From contig LSRY02000014.1 of assembly GCA_001643675.2 (NCBI GenBank), positions 1,488,001 through 1,552,000 on the forward strand: a stretch of 64,000 nt of DNA. Direction: 5' to 3'. The notes under the pieces were generated by a model, which was not told where the DNA came from, did not search any database, and saw nothing but the letters and a program-made list of their open reading frames with translations. Source of the DNA: Monocercomonoides exilis PA203. Lineage: Eukaryota; Protista; Preaxostyla. Shown piece after piece: positions 51,001 to 61,643 of this stretch. The first letter of the stretch is position 1, and each line of letters opens with the position of its first letter. Made by a program: the position numbers and the translations under genes.

Positions 51001-53210
51001 GATACCACGAACACACTCGGCGATGAACTTCTTGTTGCATTGTGGTCGATACCTACATGCCGCACTTCCAGCTGTCCACTCGTCACACTGAACAGCGTTG
51101 TCGAAGCCTCAGAAAGGAAATTTGTTTCAATCACACTTTCTTCCCTTCCTTTTCCAATCACACTGATTCGCTTTTCTCCAACATTGATTGTTTCCTCCTC
51201 GCTCTGATGCTTCCCTTCAAAAACTGTGACTGTGGAATTCAATTGTTGATCACTCTTTTTGACTGCAAATCCAATTGTTTTGCATGTTATTGACTCACTT
51301 GTGATGCACAACTCATTCGAATCATCTCCATTCACATCCACAAATCGATCCTTCATCCCATCCTTTAACCACCCCCTCTTTTCAGATGGTTGAAAAATCC
51401 AATTACTCACATCGTATGCATAGCATATTCTATTATCATCTGTATTCGTTGTGTATGATTCACAGAACGGACTACAAGGAAAATATTCTTTTTTTTCATT
51501 TGAAAAGAAAATATCATGCCCATAAGGAGCGGAAGAATTTGTGCATATGCAATTGTGAAAGAAAAAGAAATAAAAATAAATGTTGCTGTTTGGAACACTT
51601 TCTTCCAAAAGATAAAATCTTATTCCCCCTCCATGTGAAACTGCTGAACACGAAATGAGCTGGACACTTCTCATTTTGAACTCCGCAGGAACACCAGAGC
51701 AATACATCCCTCCTCCATAAGATTTTGAAATTGAACAATAAACTAATGAACATTCAAACATGCATTCTCTCTCGCTTTCTTCATTATTGATTTCTAAGCT
51801 TTTTGTCCCCGAGTCTTGACTGATGCAAAGACAAATCGCTCCTCCATTATAATTTGCTTCATCATTCAGAAATTCACACCCACTGATTTGAACATTTAAT
51901 GAAATATTTTGAACATTTGCCCCTCCTCCTAAATTATTAGAAGCGTTGCATGCATTGAACGAGTTGTTCACAATAAAAGCAGATTTTATTCTATTGCAAT
52001 GAATTCCTCCACCACACCAATATGCAGTGCATCCGTTGAACACACAATGTGAAACAGAAAGTTCACCATTTTCTTGGTCATGCATGCAAATAGCACCGCC
52101 ATTCGATGCTCCATCGTCATACGATTCAACTGTCCCTGTAGCCTTCGATCCTTTCCATTCACACCAAAGAAAAGTGTTTTTCCCATTGTCTGTTGTGTTT
52201 TGTCTCCCTGGACTCAACTTATTCTCCTTGTCTCCAATGTGTTCAACGTTCCTTGTTCGACAACACCCAACAAAAGATGTGTTTGAGGCTGTCAAAGAAG
52301 CCAAGGGGTTGTTGAGTGAAGGAACAATCCCTCCATCGTATGCATCACAAACAGACATGAAAGTGCAGCTGCTCATCACACAAAAGGATTCACACAAGAG
52401 TTCATTCAAAGATGAACATGTTGAAGGTGCTGTTGAAATGTTGTAAAAGGATAGTTCGGAGAGTGAGGCAAATGGCACAAGTGGAGATGCCAGAAATGGG
52501 GCTGATGACACACAGAAGGATGAGAAATGAGAGGAGCAAATGGACACATGGCAATTTTCTGAATGATCCCCTTTGAATGGTTTTGAAGAGAACAGAGATG
52601 GGCATTTCTGCAAATGTGAATCCAAAGGGAATCGGAGAGATATGTTTGTGAATAGCCCACAACCTCCATTCAAACAAAATGGAGGCTTTTCTCCCCTTAT
52701 TTCTATCCCGCATCTGCTCAGTTCAACAAAACATCCATTCGTGGCATTCAAGGTACTTTGACCATCATTTGGCATCAATCCCAGAGAATGGAGTTTCATT
52801 GAAGAATTGGCAATCATGAAGCTTCCTTCAATCCAACTTTCATCTCCAAATCTTTGTCTTTTCCAGATTTTTCGTTCATCGGTCATGTTTGTTTCACGAT
52901 CCACTTCATGTGAACTGGATTCTCCAAATCTGTGTTTTTCATCATTTCCTTCTTTTCCATCTCCATTCTTCGTTTTTTGTGTTTTCTCTGAATTTCTCAT
53001 TTCATCTTCTTTTCTTTCAACATCCGTTTCAAATGTGTTTTTAAAGGCAAATATGTCCTTTTGAAACACATTCAACCACATTCTCCCAAGATTATCTGCA
53101 ATTTCTTCTTTCTTCAATTCCTCAATTTGACATGCTTCATCACTTGAAGCATCATAACTTATGCATTGAAAATATATTATGTAAGCAAAACAGCATATTT
53201 TTGAAAGCAT
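45048..53210 (-). CDS. Giant receptor-like paralog 'gene 3' (~2720 aa)
   Basis: Long ORF, likely ATG at 53210 (MLSKICCFAYIIYFQC). Four CG/C..PC modules, TM YWLLIVIALVVILLIILISLVIFIV, and a kinase-like tail nearly identical to genes 1 and 2. Confidence 0.9.
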   Translation of the reverse strand: MLSKICCFAYIIYFQCISYDASSDEACQIEELKKEEIADNLGRMWLNVFQKDIFAFKNTFETDVERKEDEMRNSEKTQKTKNGDGKEGNDEKHRFGESSSHEVDRETNMTDERKIWKRQRFGDESWIEGSFMIANSSMKLHSLGLMPNDGQSTLNATNGCFVELSRCGIEIRGEKPPFCLNGGCGLFTNISLRFPLDSHLQKCPSLFSSKPFKGDHSENCHVSICSSHFSSFCVSSAPFLASPLVPFASLSELSFYNISTAPSTCSSLNELLCESFCVMSSCTFMSVCDAYDGGIVPSLNNPLASLTASNTSFVGCCRTRNVEHIGDKENKLSPGRQNTTDNGKNTFLWCEWKGSKATGTVESYDDGASNGGAICMHDQENGELSVSHCVFNGCTAYWCGGGIHCNRIKSAFIVNNSFNACNASNNLGGGANVQNISLNVQISGCEFLNDEANYNGGAICLCISQDSGTKSLEINNEESERECMFECSLVYCSISKSYGGGMYCSGVPAEFKMRSVQLISCSAVSHGGGIRFYLLEESVPNSNIYFYFFFFHNCICTNSSAPYGHDIFFSNEKKEYFPCSPFCESYTTNTDDNRICYAYDVSNWIFQPSEKRGWLKDGMKDRFVDVNGDDSNELCITSESITCKTIGFAVKKSDQQLNSTVTVFEGKHQSEEETINVGEKRISVIGKGREESVIETNFLSEASTTLFSVTSGQLEVRHVGIDHNATRSSSPSVFVVSVGSGTLSLEDVVISSSVNGESGISASVFVLALSQLRMSDVEIKNMKMNQPLFAEPSSAGSSSGESILGNLTVRNVSRAGGDGVVLAKRVKAGETFVVWNATMEGCECVNGNGGGIKVELESSTSKVRVGTSTSSIGGTAKFNKTKCSGYGGGMMLYLEDNSFDFEITSVNFIDCAATLGGNNLFVEAQDLSAVVNNTSIGFDPEIGINIADFDELCGRERDNPELVVPLVVFLRTFSSPAYVSGREQGSEFRLCGYEDYPCRGIGNVGEVQFPSSKRFIRLTSTFSFDEEVKLDEQSYEIDSSDKAIGLRVEATETKTQEALVINSVSSTITGILFELGGSIGDRSSFVHSSGGTLRIADCGMKMRSGVDSVNYAFVSASGGKIEIVGTRCGGSMGKVGFVGSVIVVNGSCECLMDEIIVNQTSTDGANGLIEIATTSSASIQNCSITNCDLPSCGAIQVEKCSSITLKNTSFENITRGAGDGGCLHVDSNVDGSKCTIRIENCSFISCDVSENGKGGGGLSVSLENPSELHLSSTRFEKCCAPSTSGSEGKGGGIFLSLTDVDVKFELIDALVFDGNDAEYGKNMFISASNLNKTVTNESFNFDYSSMINNNKLFVGSDNFHSNKNLFMFLIPYSSIEIFISSEGFDVARCGSEKEPCQTMWKGMENMKEGDGKKTIQIEGSTIIQDSFNMSDYQIRKASSMGEEETKAILNFEKAVESQLEYFMENDIHLELTNIQLQLTSGFDNSAKTIISNRAGDLIISGCSFHSEAGANNGFDCVFVDAIRGSVDVNDLSMESCNVGNSIFVIHDAGVSCNLMNVRVESLNETEGCLLLIKGPESTTTTKINEVDEKMNLNIDNSSFLGVKRSDNGASILESKSGKKICLIVNSSNITEDKAESSEKGGATFFTLGASGSMKIIDSTISHCCCSNSTGRGGGVYLATKERGELNITFMGMKFSANTASVGNDIFIECYNITSQINESQFQFDLREGRYSRINAIYGRDESDYQSDTDLIGFVTIHQSDTIIVNSVNGLNDKQCGTKTLPCASIDHGLIHLTSDILSLIFVVEKSVIEREFDLKEMSLSSKSREMCEVEVETKIEKTREALVTTAGTVSMLRVNFVFDSDFISSHELLISQDGGILEIVNCSFSSKPPVEGVNAEFANIPFHIFNMEKGEFQLMECAISNLILQESAFHLSSPLPSVIDSLMICNSTVSKNLLDINECGQLTIKNINTENITIEGNEESLISCLSMKKTVQLTNCTIGGVSSSKAKGKLMKMEDCLDVKMDSCIFDGMTKERNEQNLNAKEEMCKWDGSLVDVEKSSLIMKVSTLSNSPEGGITMNGGSMEIEKGEFINNNPFIEKYPSIRRNILCSDSGVLNVMSLKGGDGLKDDSSLWILNEGCELSGMMEERASPLFIPVVEEARNETASDGRTIITLTGRLLLPCNVSLKLSFRNGREEVIENYGIGEKESVSENKIVAVVSSAQMGAVGAETEVSVSVLFGKKESPSSTDSFILKNRSETQGKGDDRIVEGGKEGKSYWLLIVIALVVILLIILISLVIFIVRWKKVKNEAEDLREIVNDNIRKDPKAFEMVTMEMSPEEQWRRAEREAEKKNEEMIKKRVYEKSLGHSESSEHLLSENGSTEYILGRDSDKIPKWALEKVDEKEEEIRKRTPSPSISSTSTTDSDSTFVGGEDLCPTTSSMSNLVDAMACSSPHEKLIVDLRDSLFMLLHGRNAKKEMAIGNLKEREMTAAQILFWVANGALHSFDEEKELPSLANLSPHIVLFSEHMVICIALHSDCSSSDDSDSSSISSMSIVSSSSSNVSVMSERFTDSPPPSSAFEDCEDNRKECLRWKAPELLVNKKMGATKESVAFSIGMMVWECLTLDIPFGEYEAEVAGDKISKGERPNLEREMGTSFTEMVHHAFSPQPFNRPSLVEMKRVFIQKFPAGGVIMTVSDAIDVEDESGDEGSDIVESTNISATNEV

Positions 53211-53399
53211 TGAAATCAGCACACACGAGGAATGTCCTTTTCTTTTTTTTCCTGATTTCTTATTTTTAATATGGGAGAAGAATTCACAAACAATTTTTTG
53301 TTTGAAAATTGTCCATGAACAATGAATATATTTAAGTCTCTTCTTATTTTTTGTATTATACAAAAATTAGATCAAAAATATAATTTTAATATGAAAACA

Positions 53400-56380
53400 A
53401 GTTTTATTTGATGCATTGATATTTCAGCCATCACGGAGAATACAACACACACACTCAACACAGTAGTGAGAACTATTTTTTTTGAAGTGTCTTTTAGAGA
53501 TGTTGCATTACAATCAGAAGCATCATCCGGATTGGAGAAGTTAAAAGAAACATTCTTTTTTTATCGAAAAATTGAAGTTTGAATTTCAAAAATTTGATGA
53601 TAATTCAGCAGTTTTATTTGTTTTGTGATTATTCAACCTTTCACATTTTATTTATATTCGAACATCAGGAACTGTGGAGATATTATGAAAGTAATGATTA
53701 TTATTTATTCTTGCTTTGGCAAAATAAAACATTTTCAACCAAAGGAACGGGATGCATGGAAGAAGTTAATAGAAGCCTCTATTGCTGAATTTTTTGTTGA
53801 TAATATGGATGAATTTTGTGTGTTATGGAGAGAAAGAGATTCAGTTTCTGTCAAAGGAAAGTTTCAATTTGGGAAAAAGAGCCAAGATTATTTTTTATGG
53901 AGAAGGCAACGAAGCTATCATAAGGGATGAAAGTTGTGATGGGTGTGCAATTTGTTCTGTTTTATATGAATGTTATTCATGAAAAACGAATTTGTTTATT
54001 TTTTGTTGTGTTTCAGAATGTCAATTTCGCGTTGATTTTAATCTTTACAATCTCATGAACAAAGCATTTGAAGTTACATGACCAACGCGATATATCTTTT
54101 AATACTGGAAGAGTTATTTTGGAAGATTGTTTTGATGGAGAGAAAAAATGAATAACTGAAGAGATTTGAGGAAGAAAAAAGATTTAGAAGAATATAGGAT
54201 ATTGAAGCAGAATCTTATTGAAATCTATTTTTGCTGGAGGAATTGTGAGAATTGCGAGGAGATACAGAGACAGTTTGGGATGAGAATGAAATTGAAGAGA
54301 AGAGGAACAAGCAACATTGACCGTGATGATGAATATGAAAGGAAGAAGGCAGCAGATGACAATCGGAATGGAACAAGAACCATTGAAAGAAGCTCGTTGA
54401 ATTTGACGTTTTTTTGTGTGCATTTTTGGGAATTGATTGAAAAGAGGGGGATAGGAAAGGAAAATAAGAAGCAAAAGAAGAAAATTGACATTTGCGAATT
54501 TTCAAACTTACTGATGCGCCAAGGATGCGATGGGATCAAAAGGAGGAATTATTTGCCCACAAAACTATTTATTCATCGCCATCATCATCATCTTCTTCTT
54601 CCAAGCAACGGAATCATCCACAAACAAAACTGCTTGTCTTTTGTTTATCTTCTGCATATAAAAGCACTTATCTGGCAGCTTGAAAGCGAGTCAAGCCATT
54701 CTTCTGGCAACTGAACTGCGGGTAAGGAAAAATAAAACAGGGAGAATGAATTAAAGAATTATCCCCCACAACATCTCTGTCACCTGTTCAAACACATTCA
54801 TCAGCAGATAAATTGGATATATTTGCCTTCTTCGATTCTTTCGTTTTCTTCCTTTCAATTTCTATTATTCCTCTTCGAAAGCTTCTTCACCTCAACTGCT
54901 GTTTCATCTGCAGCAGCTATCGACTGCATAAGCTTCAGATCCACGTGAGCGTTTGCCAGCAACTACAACATCAGCACATTCTTCTGGGAATTCATTTGCG
55001 AATCAAACCACAAAAAATTTGTGGGTAATTTTTTTTTTTAAGAGAGAGAGAGAGAGAGAGATTGAGATGATGCAGATGGAGATCGTGTGGAGAGATGCAT
55101 GTGCAATTCTGATATTGCCGTCGAACAACAATAAGGTTAAAATCGAGAAAAAGAAAGAGGAGAAGGAAAAAGCAACTTAATACCATATTCAGTGGCAACG
55201 CATCGACTTCTTCGTTTTCGTGATCAGGAACAGCTCGCAGCAAGATCACGTCTAAACATATTGAGTTTCTTCTGCATGCGTACAATCCACAGACACCACG
55301 GGCTTGCTTGCTTCGGATCTCTGAAGATGCATTCAAGCTGTCTCAGTGCTCTCCGCCTTCGTTTGAGAGGTGTAAGAAGCGTTCAAGTTTCAATGATTTC
55401 TCCACGCTGTACCTGCGGTCATTGAATATGTGCGATGCCACTGATCTGCAAGTTCAGCTACAGATGTTTAAGAACAGAAAGGCTGTGAAGACAATGAGCT
55501 CGCACTGTGCTTTGTTGAAGCTTGAGCTGGAAGAAAAGGTGCGAGTAATTTCAGGAGCGTTGACAGGGGCAGTGGAAGGAGAAGGACCGAATCGGTTAAA
55601 AGAAGCTGAGCAGCCGATGGAGGTAAAGAAAGAAGTATGAAGGATACTGTTATGGATGAGGCAGCTGTTTGTGGAGCTTGTAGTGATACCGTTGGGGAGG
55701 ACTGTGCTAGAAGGAATGATCTATTTTGAGATTTCTCTGAAAAGCAAGAGCAAGTTGTGCAGTTTCGCGATGCGATGGTGTGGTTGAGGGAGAGATTTAA
55801 AGTGAATTCTTTGTCTTCTTCTTCTTCTTCATTTTCTTCTTCCTCATCTTTTTTTCACTCAGCCAATATTTCTGCGACTCTTCCGCTTGTTCCACAACTT
55901 GATACAGTTTCTCCTCATTCACAATTTCCTCACAATTCTTCTTCTTTTTCTTCCTCTTTCAGAGCCTACCCATCAAATCCGCAAAAAATTTCCCCTTTCC
56001 CTCTTCAAAATCCCAACTTCTTCTTCCTCTTCTTCTTCCTCTTCTTCTTCCTCTTTCTCTTCACCAATCCGCAAGCACTTCTTCCTCCATCTGCCTCTTG
56101 CCCAGCCTGCAGAAGCAATCGAATAAGATCAAGTTTGTGAAAAAAATGAGCTTTTGTTGTTCATCGAAACTGCCTGGCAGAATGGCTGGAACAGAAAAGA
56201 AGGATGCATCTTCCTCATGCAGCAGAGGCAACGATGAAAAAATAAAAAAAGAAAAAGAATAGAAAAAGAACAGAAAAGAAAATAAAGAGAGTGAAATGCT
56301 CAATTTGCTGAAGAACATTCAGAAGCGAAAAGTCTTTCGAGTGAACTGCAAATGGACTGTGGAACGATGAAGCTGAAGAG
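53400..56380 (+). pseudogene. Possible decayed multi-exon gene of unknown family
   Basis: Coding-like composition with short stop-interrupted ORFs (53625, 54492, 55308, 55757) and intron-like AT stretches. No recognisable domain. Confidence 0.25.
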
Positions 56381-56627
56381 AGCTGTGTTGATTATTTAAA
56401 TTGTTCATTTAATCTTCTGCATTTTTTTTCATTCGATTCTTCATTTTAAAAAAATATTCTTTTCATCAACAAAAAAGCAAACGATTTTTGATAATTTTCT
56501 ATTTTTTCCATTTCTGATGGCATTCTCCACTAAAAATGAATAAGTTTATTAATAAATACGGCATGTTTATATATTTCATAGCAATGCATACAAAAGACAG
56601 AATGAATAAAAAAATAAAAAATATCAG

Positions 56628-57419
56628 TCATTGAAGTGATTTCTTGTGTCTGGTGTTTTTGATGGAAGGATAGAATTTGAAAAAGACCACAACCAGAAAC
56701 ACAACCACAAAAACAACAGGAAATGAAAATGCCTTCAATTCGCAATCAACCTCCACTAAGTCATACGCCCCGCTGCTGCGCACCTTCTCCAAATCTGAAA
56801 ACGCTTTCTCCCTGTTTGTGCAGTCAATTTTCAGACGAGTAAAACGATCCTCAATCGACTTCACAATAATCTTGTCTTTTTGGTCGTTTTGTGACGTGAA
56901 TCGCAACATTTTATCTTGTGTCATTTGGAACGGATTTTTCCGTTGTTCACTCGCAATGGACTTCATCAGCGCGGAATGAGGGCGCGCAACAACAATTCCA
57001 TTAAATGGACCTTCCCCTTGCTCAGAAATCTTGCTCGTCCACAAACAGTCTGCGCCTTCTTTGTTTGCCTCATCCACCAGCGATTGGACAAGTTGCTTGT
57101 TTTTCACAAACACATTCTGATCAATCCAAACTCCGCCATATTTTTCAAGAATAATCGGCTGCAGCACCATCGACTGCATCGTAAAATTCAGCGAATTAAA
57201 CTCACGCGGCAACTCTGGCTCCCCTGCATAGAACGCGAGAGATTTTTTGTTCATCACCATCACCGGAATCGTCGAAAATTCCATTTCTCTTTTCTGAAGG
57301 AGATGCTCGATAGAAGGCTGAACATCCGTGTTCACATACGTGTACACTTTCGTCGGAATAATTTCTTCCGGCTGCACAAATTGTGTCACGGAAAATGCCA
57401 GCACGCAAGCCAGAAACAT
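56628..57419 (-). CDS. Glycosyltransferase family 32-like (DXD sugar-binding, Och1/Sur1-type) protein, 263 aa
   Basis: ILEKYGGVWIDQN resembles the LYxYGGIYxDxD signature, followed by FNGIVVARPHS. N-terminal signal peptide and C-terminal hydrophobic helix. Confidence 0.7.
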   Translation of the reverse strand: MFLACVLAFSVTQFVQPEEIIPTKVYTYVNTDVQPSIEHLLQKREMEFSTIPVMVMNKKSLAFYAGEPELPREFNSLNFTMQSMVLQPIILEKYGGVWIDQNVFVKNKQLVQSLVDEANKEGADCLWTSKISEQGEGPFNGIVVARPHSALMKSIASEQRKNPFQMTQDKMLRFTSQNDQKDKIIVKSIEDRFTRLKIDCTNREKAFSDLEKVRSSGAYDLVEVDCELKAFSFPVVFVVVFLVVVFFKFYPSIKNTRHKKSLQ

Positions 57420-58860
57420 TTGTCAGAAAAAAGTGCCAATAAACAATAATGGGTGATATGAGAAAAAATTTTATCAATGCTTGTTCAACCATGAATGGCT
57501 TTAGTCATATTAATGAAAAGGAATTTGATGAAAATGAAGAAAACGAAACAAAAAGAGAAGAAAAGGAAGAAAACAAAACAAAAAAAAAACAGGATGAAGT
57601 GAAGTGAATTGAATGAGATGGTTGGAAAAAGAAATGTGAGAAGAGAAATGTGCCAAATGACAAATAAACGTTGTTTATTTCTCTTCTTCAGGCTTTCATC
57701 TTTTTCTTCTTCTGTGACGTTCTGGATCGTAATGTCCCCCCATTCCATCACATATTCAATAAAATCCTCTTTCTGTTTCCCTCATTCCCCATTTTCCACC
57801 TTCCCTTCCTTTCTTTCGCTCAAATCATCTTTCCTCCAAAATAACCCTTTTTCAAAGCCCAATCTCAATATTCTTTCGTAATGCCTTTTCATTCCTTCCT
57901 CTCTTCTTCTGCACTCTTCTTTTTCTTTCTTCAAAATCATCAAATCCATTTATTTTTTCAAATCGAATGAAATAAAAATAACCATTTTTAAAAAAGACGC
58001 TAAAAAATAAAGAAACAAACCTTCGTCATCAATTTTTGAGCCATTTCTAATTTCTTATTCCAAGACAGTGTTCGTTTTTATCAACAAAAAATCAATCCAA
58101 TTTTTCTCTCCATTTCTTCTGTTTTCAATTGCTTTTTCCCAGATTTACCATCGACCCTTATTGTTGACCCTTAAAACCCCAAAATGTCTCTGCTTCCAAT
58201 GTTCCTGCAAAAAATTAAGATTATTCATTTCTTTTTCTTTTGATTCCACTCTCTTATCCTCAAAAATTTATTTGCTTCATTGAAATTCAACCTAAAGCAG
58301 AAATCCATAAAGCTTACTATTCACTGTTCCAGCAGTCAAAATTTCCTCAATAAGCTTTTGATGCTCGCTGTTAGAAAATAGAAACTTCCATTTATTTCAA
58401 TTAATTTGATACTTAATTTTTGAAAGGTTATAAATGGAAAAATCAACATGATCAATAGAACAATTACAAATACAAACACTCACTTGTTTTCATCATCATA
58501 ATAAAATCCATTGTTCCTTTAAATGTTTTTAAAAGTATTCTCACACAAAAATTCCAAATTCGATAATTCGTTGTCGTTGTCTCGCGAAACCACAGAATGC
58601 AAAACTTCTAATTCCGGTGGAAATGCCCATTCATTCATCTCACCATTTGTCGTTGGATATTCCTGTTCAAATCAACCGATTTGATCCGAGTGTCCATAAC
58701 ATCAAACAAGTATTTATTAAATATTTTTTATCTCTGTAATCATTTGTCAAAAATGCAAATGCAAAGAGGAATGGTATGAACGTAATTATGTTTTATATCA
58801 TTTTTGAGTTATTATTTTTCACAAATGTTTTTTTTGCTAAAATATTTGAATTCAATATTT

Positions 58861-60320
58861 ATGCTTTTATGCATTTATATTCTGGATGAAAAGGATTTTT
58901 CAAAAAGGCAGAAAATATCTGCCAGAGCTAAATTAAATGGTTTGTCTTCGTTTCTGTGTGCTCGTTTTTGATTATTGCATTTTTTTTAATTTGTTTTTTG
59001 AAGAATTGTTTTCACAGCTGGAAGATTGCGATGATGAAGAACAAGCACACATTATAGAAGAATTATATGAGATTATGGAAGAAATGGATAAAAAAGTACT
59101 CAGATATGTTTTCACAGGAAAACTGTGCGACAAAGTGTACAGAATGATTGAAGAAAAGAAGAGATCTATGGAAAATGCCATTTTGCTGCTAAAGCGTTTG
59201 GGATATTTCTGCGCTGTGAAAAATGTGCAGATGGTTTATTTTGGCAAAGCTTCGTTGAGCAACAGTTTTGAGAAGCTGATTATCGAAGAAAATGAGAAAA
59301 AAGAAGGGAAAAACGAAAGGCTTTTAGTTGATCTTTGCGAATGCTTCGCTTTGCTATTTTTCTGCTCCAATTCAGATGAATTGCTTTCAATCATTATGCC
59401 TTGTCTTCTGAAAGTTGCGTTGAACAAGGAGGAAGATGAGGAGACTAAAAAAGAAGTGGAAATAGCTTTACTGGCTTTGAGCTGTGTCAGCAGCTTGAGG
59501 GTTTGGGTCTTTTTTGATTATTTTAATAACTTCTTTCTCATTTTATAAATATTTGAAGCAAGAGCTGTATTTTAACGAGATGAGAGAGATCATCCAACAT
59601 CACCAGGAGCATCATAATTTGACTCGTCTTGCATATCAATCGGCTTGGAAGTTTTTGATGAACAGATTTTATAGAGACAAAAGCTTGGAAGATGTAATTG
59701 CGAATGAACTGCATTTTGTGAGAGAGACGACAAGAGAACTGGAAGAGCTGGCAAAATATGTGGATTGGAAGAGAAAAGATGGAGATGAAAGAGAAAAAGA
59801 AACGATGGAAGAGCTTATTTTGAGAAGATGGATCCTTGCTATTTATTATTATTTTTCCTTTTCTAAGTGCAGATTGTGGAATGAAGAATTTATTGGGCTT
59901 TTCAGCAACATTGCTCAGCTTTTACGAGCAGCAAAGGATCATTACAGAGAAATCTGCAAACTGTGCATTGTTACATTTACTAAAGTGGCAGGAAATGTTT
60001 CTGCGATGATTGATTACTTGTTGAAAGGTGGAGCAGTTGATGCTATTTTGGAGGAGATTCAACAATCAACAGTGGATGACCAAATTTCATTTGATTGCTT
60101 AGAGTTTTTTTATGCGTTTTCAAGTAGATTGAAAATAAAAGTGTTTGATGAAAGGAAAGAAGCGAAAAGAAGAGAGATGAAAAGAAAGATATTTGAAAAG
60201 ATGGAAGAAGAAGGATGCGAAGATATAATCACAAGCTTTTGTGAAATATTAGATTTTCTAAAAGGAAAATACAACCGTCAATTATCTTTGGATATTTCTG
60301 ATTACCTTGTGAATGTTTGA
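58861..60320 (+). CDS. Uncharacterised helical-repeat (ARM-like) family protein, ~445 aa
   Basis: join(58861-58939, 59004-59500, 59559-60320) with GTTTG donors and AAG acceptors in phase. Amphipathic helical sequence (LLVDLCEC, PCLLKVAL, VEIALLAL, HNLTRLAYQSAW, GAVDAILEEI). Confidence 0.75.
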
Positions 60321-60779
60321 GGAAATACATTGTGTTTTGTAACTCTCTTTTTTGAAATTTTCTCTTTTTTCATCATTTCACAAAACCGACAACAAACAGT
60401 AATTTTAAGTTATTTGTAAATATCTTTTTTAAATCTTCATTGAAATAGAGCAAAGCAATTAAAAAAAAAAATTACAATCTGAAAAGCTGGGAGAGAGAAG
60501 AATGAGAAATGAAATGGAGAAGCCAGGGAAACAGATGGTGATAAAAAAAGTGTCGACAACATTCATGAGATTATGAAATGTTTTCATGTGAAAAGAAACA
60601 ATAAGGTATTCAAAGAAATTAAAGGTGAAAAACGTAATTTGTTTTCGTTTTCTGGTAATTATTTTCTTTGCAAATGTTTTTAAGGACATATTGGGATATT
60701 GGTTGCACTTTTTGAAAAGTCGCAAATGTTTAATATCTGTGTTAAATAAAAATGAATAATTTTTGGAAATGTCTAAATC

Positions 60780-61001
60780 TTTTTCGAAATGTTTCTTTTG
60801 TTTAATTTTCAAAGAAAATGAAAATTTTTGATTTCAATCAGTTTTCTGTTCCCACTCACAAAATTTCACGAAAATAAAAATATTTTCTTTGTCTAAATTT
60901 TGTTTTAATGAATACGTATTTTCATAAGTGAAAACAGATGTTAGATGAAAATATGAATTTTTTTTCTGTTTGAAAATTAAACAAAAGAAACTTTTCAAAA
61001 A
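60780..61001. repeat. ~220-bp foldback palindrome, same family as 1068-1297
   Basis: TTTTTCGAAATGTTTCTTTTGTTTAATTTTCAAA pairs with TTTGAAAATTAAACAAAAGAAACTTTTCAAAAA. An extra arm fragment TTTTTGAAAAGTCGCAAATGTTTAAT at 60709-60734 is identical to 1072-1097. Confidence 0.75.
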
Positions 61002-61120
61002 ATATTATGCAAATACATAATAATAAATTTTTCAAACTTTTCATTTTGTTATATGGAATACACAATCCAATTTGATTGGAGAATTTGTGTATTGATGAGG
61101 ATTTTTAAACATATGCTTCA

Positions 61121-61188
61121 CCTTGGAAAAGGCGAGACCAATTCAGCCAGTGCCCGTCAGTTTTTTTTTTTTTTTTTTTTTTTTTTTT
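61121..61188. repeat. Conserved 40-bp motif followed by poly(T) (copy 2, inverted relative to 1886-1962)
   Basis: CCTTGGAAAAGGCGAGACCAATTCAGCCAGTGCCCGTCAG followed by T28. Confidence 0.7.
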
Positions 61189-61334
61189 GTTGTTTGTTTG
61201 TTTGAAATATATTGCGTTCGGGAACCAAACAAGGAATCACTTTTTCAAACATCAAAAACGAGCGGTTCAATGATTGTCAAAGATGAAATGAAAAAAATTA
61301 TTGAATGAATTGCTATCATAGATTTTATTCCTTC

Positions 61335-61397
<63 letters not shown>

Positions 61398-61643
61398 GAA
61401 AACATTCAGAATTTTTTATGTAGAATGCATTTTTAAAAATTTAAACCAAACTGTTTAACAACAGTGCTTAATTTGTTTAAAATTTGTTTTGCTGTTTTCA
61501 AAATTTTTTTCTGAGAAAAATGAGAGAAAAATATTGGAACTTATTATTAACTGGGATCTTCAAAAGATCTTATCCAATTGAAAAAGGCGTATAAGTATTT
61601 TTTGACAGTATTGAAGACAATCACATCAATAAATGCGTAACTC

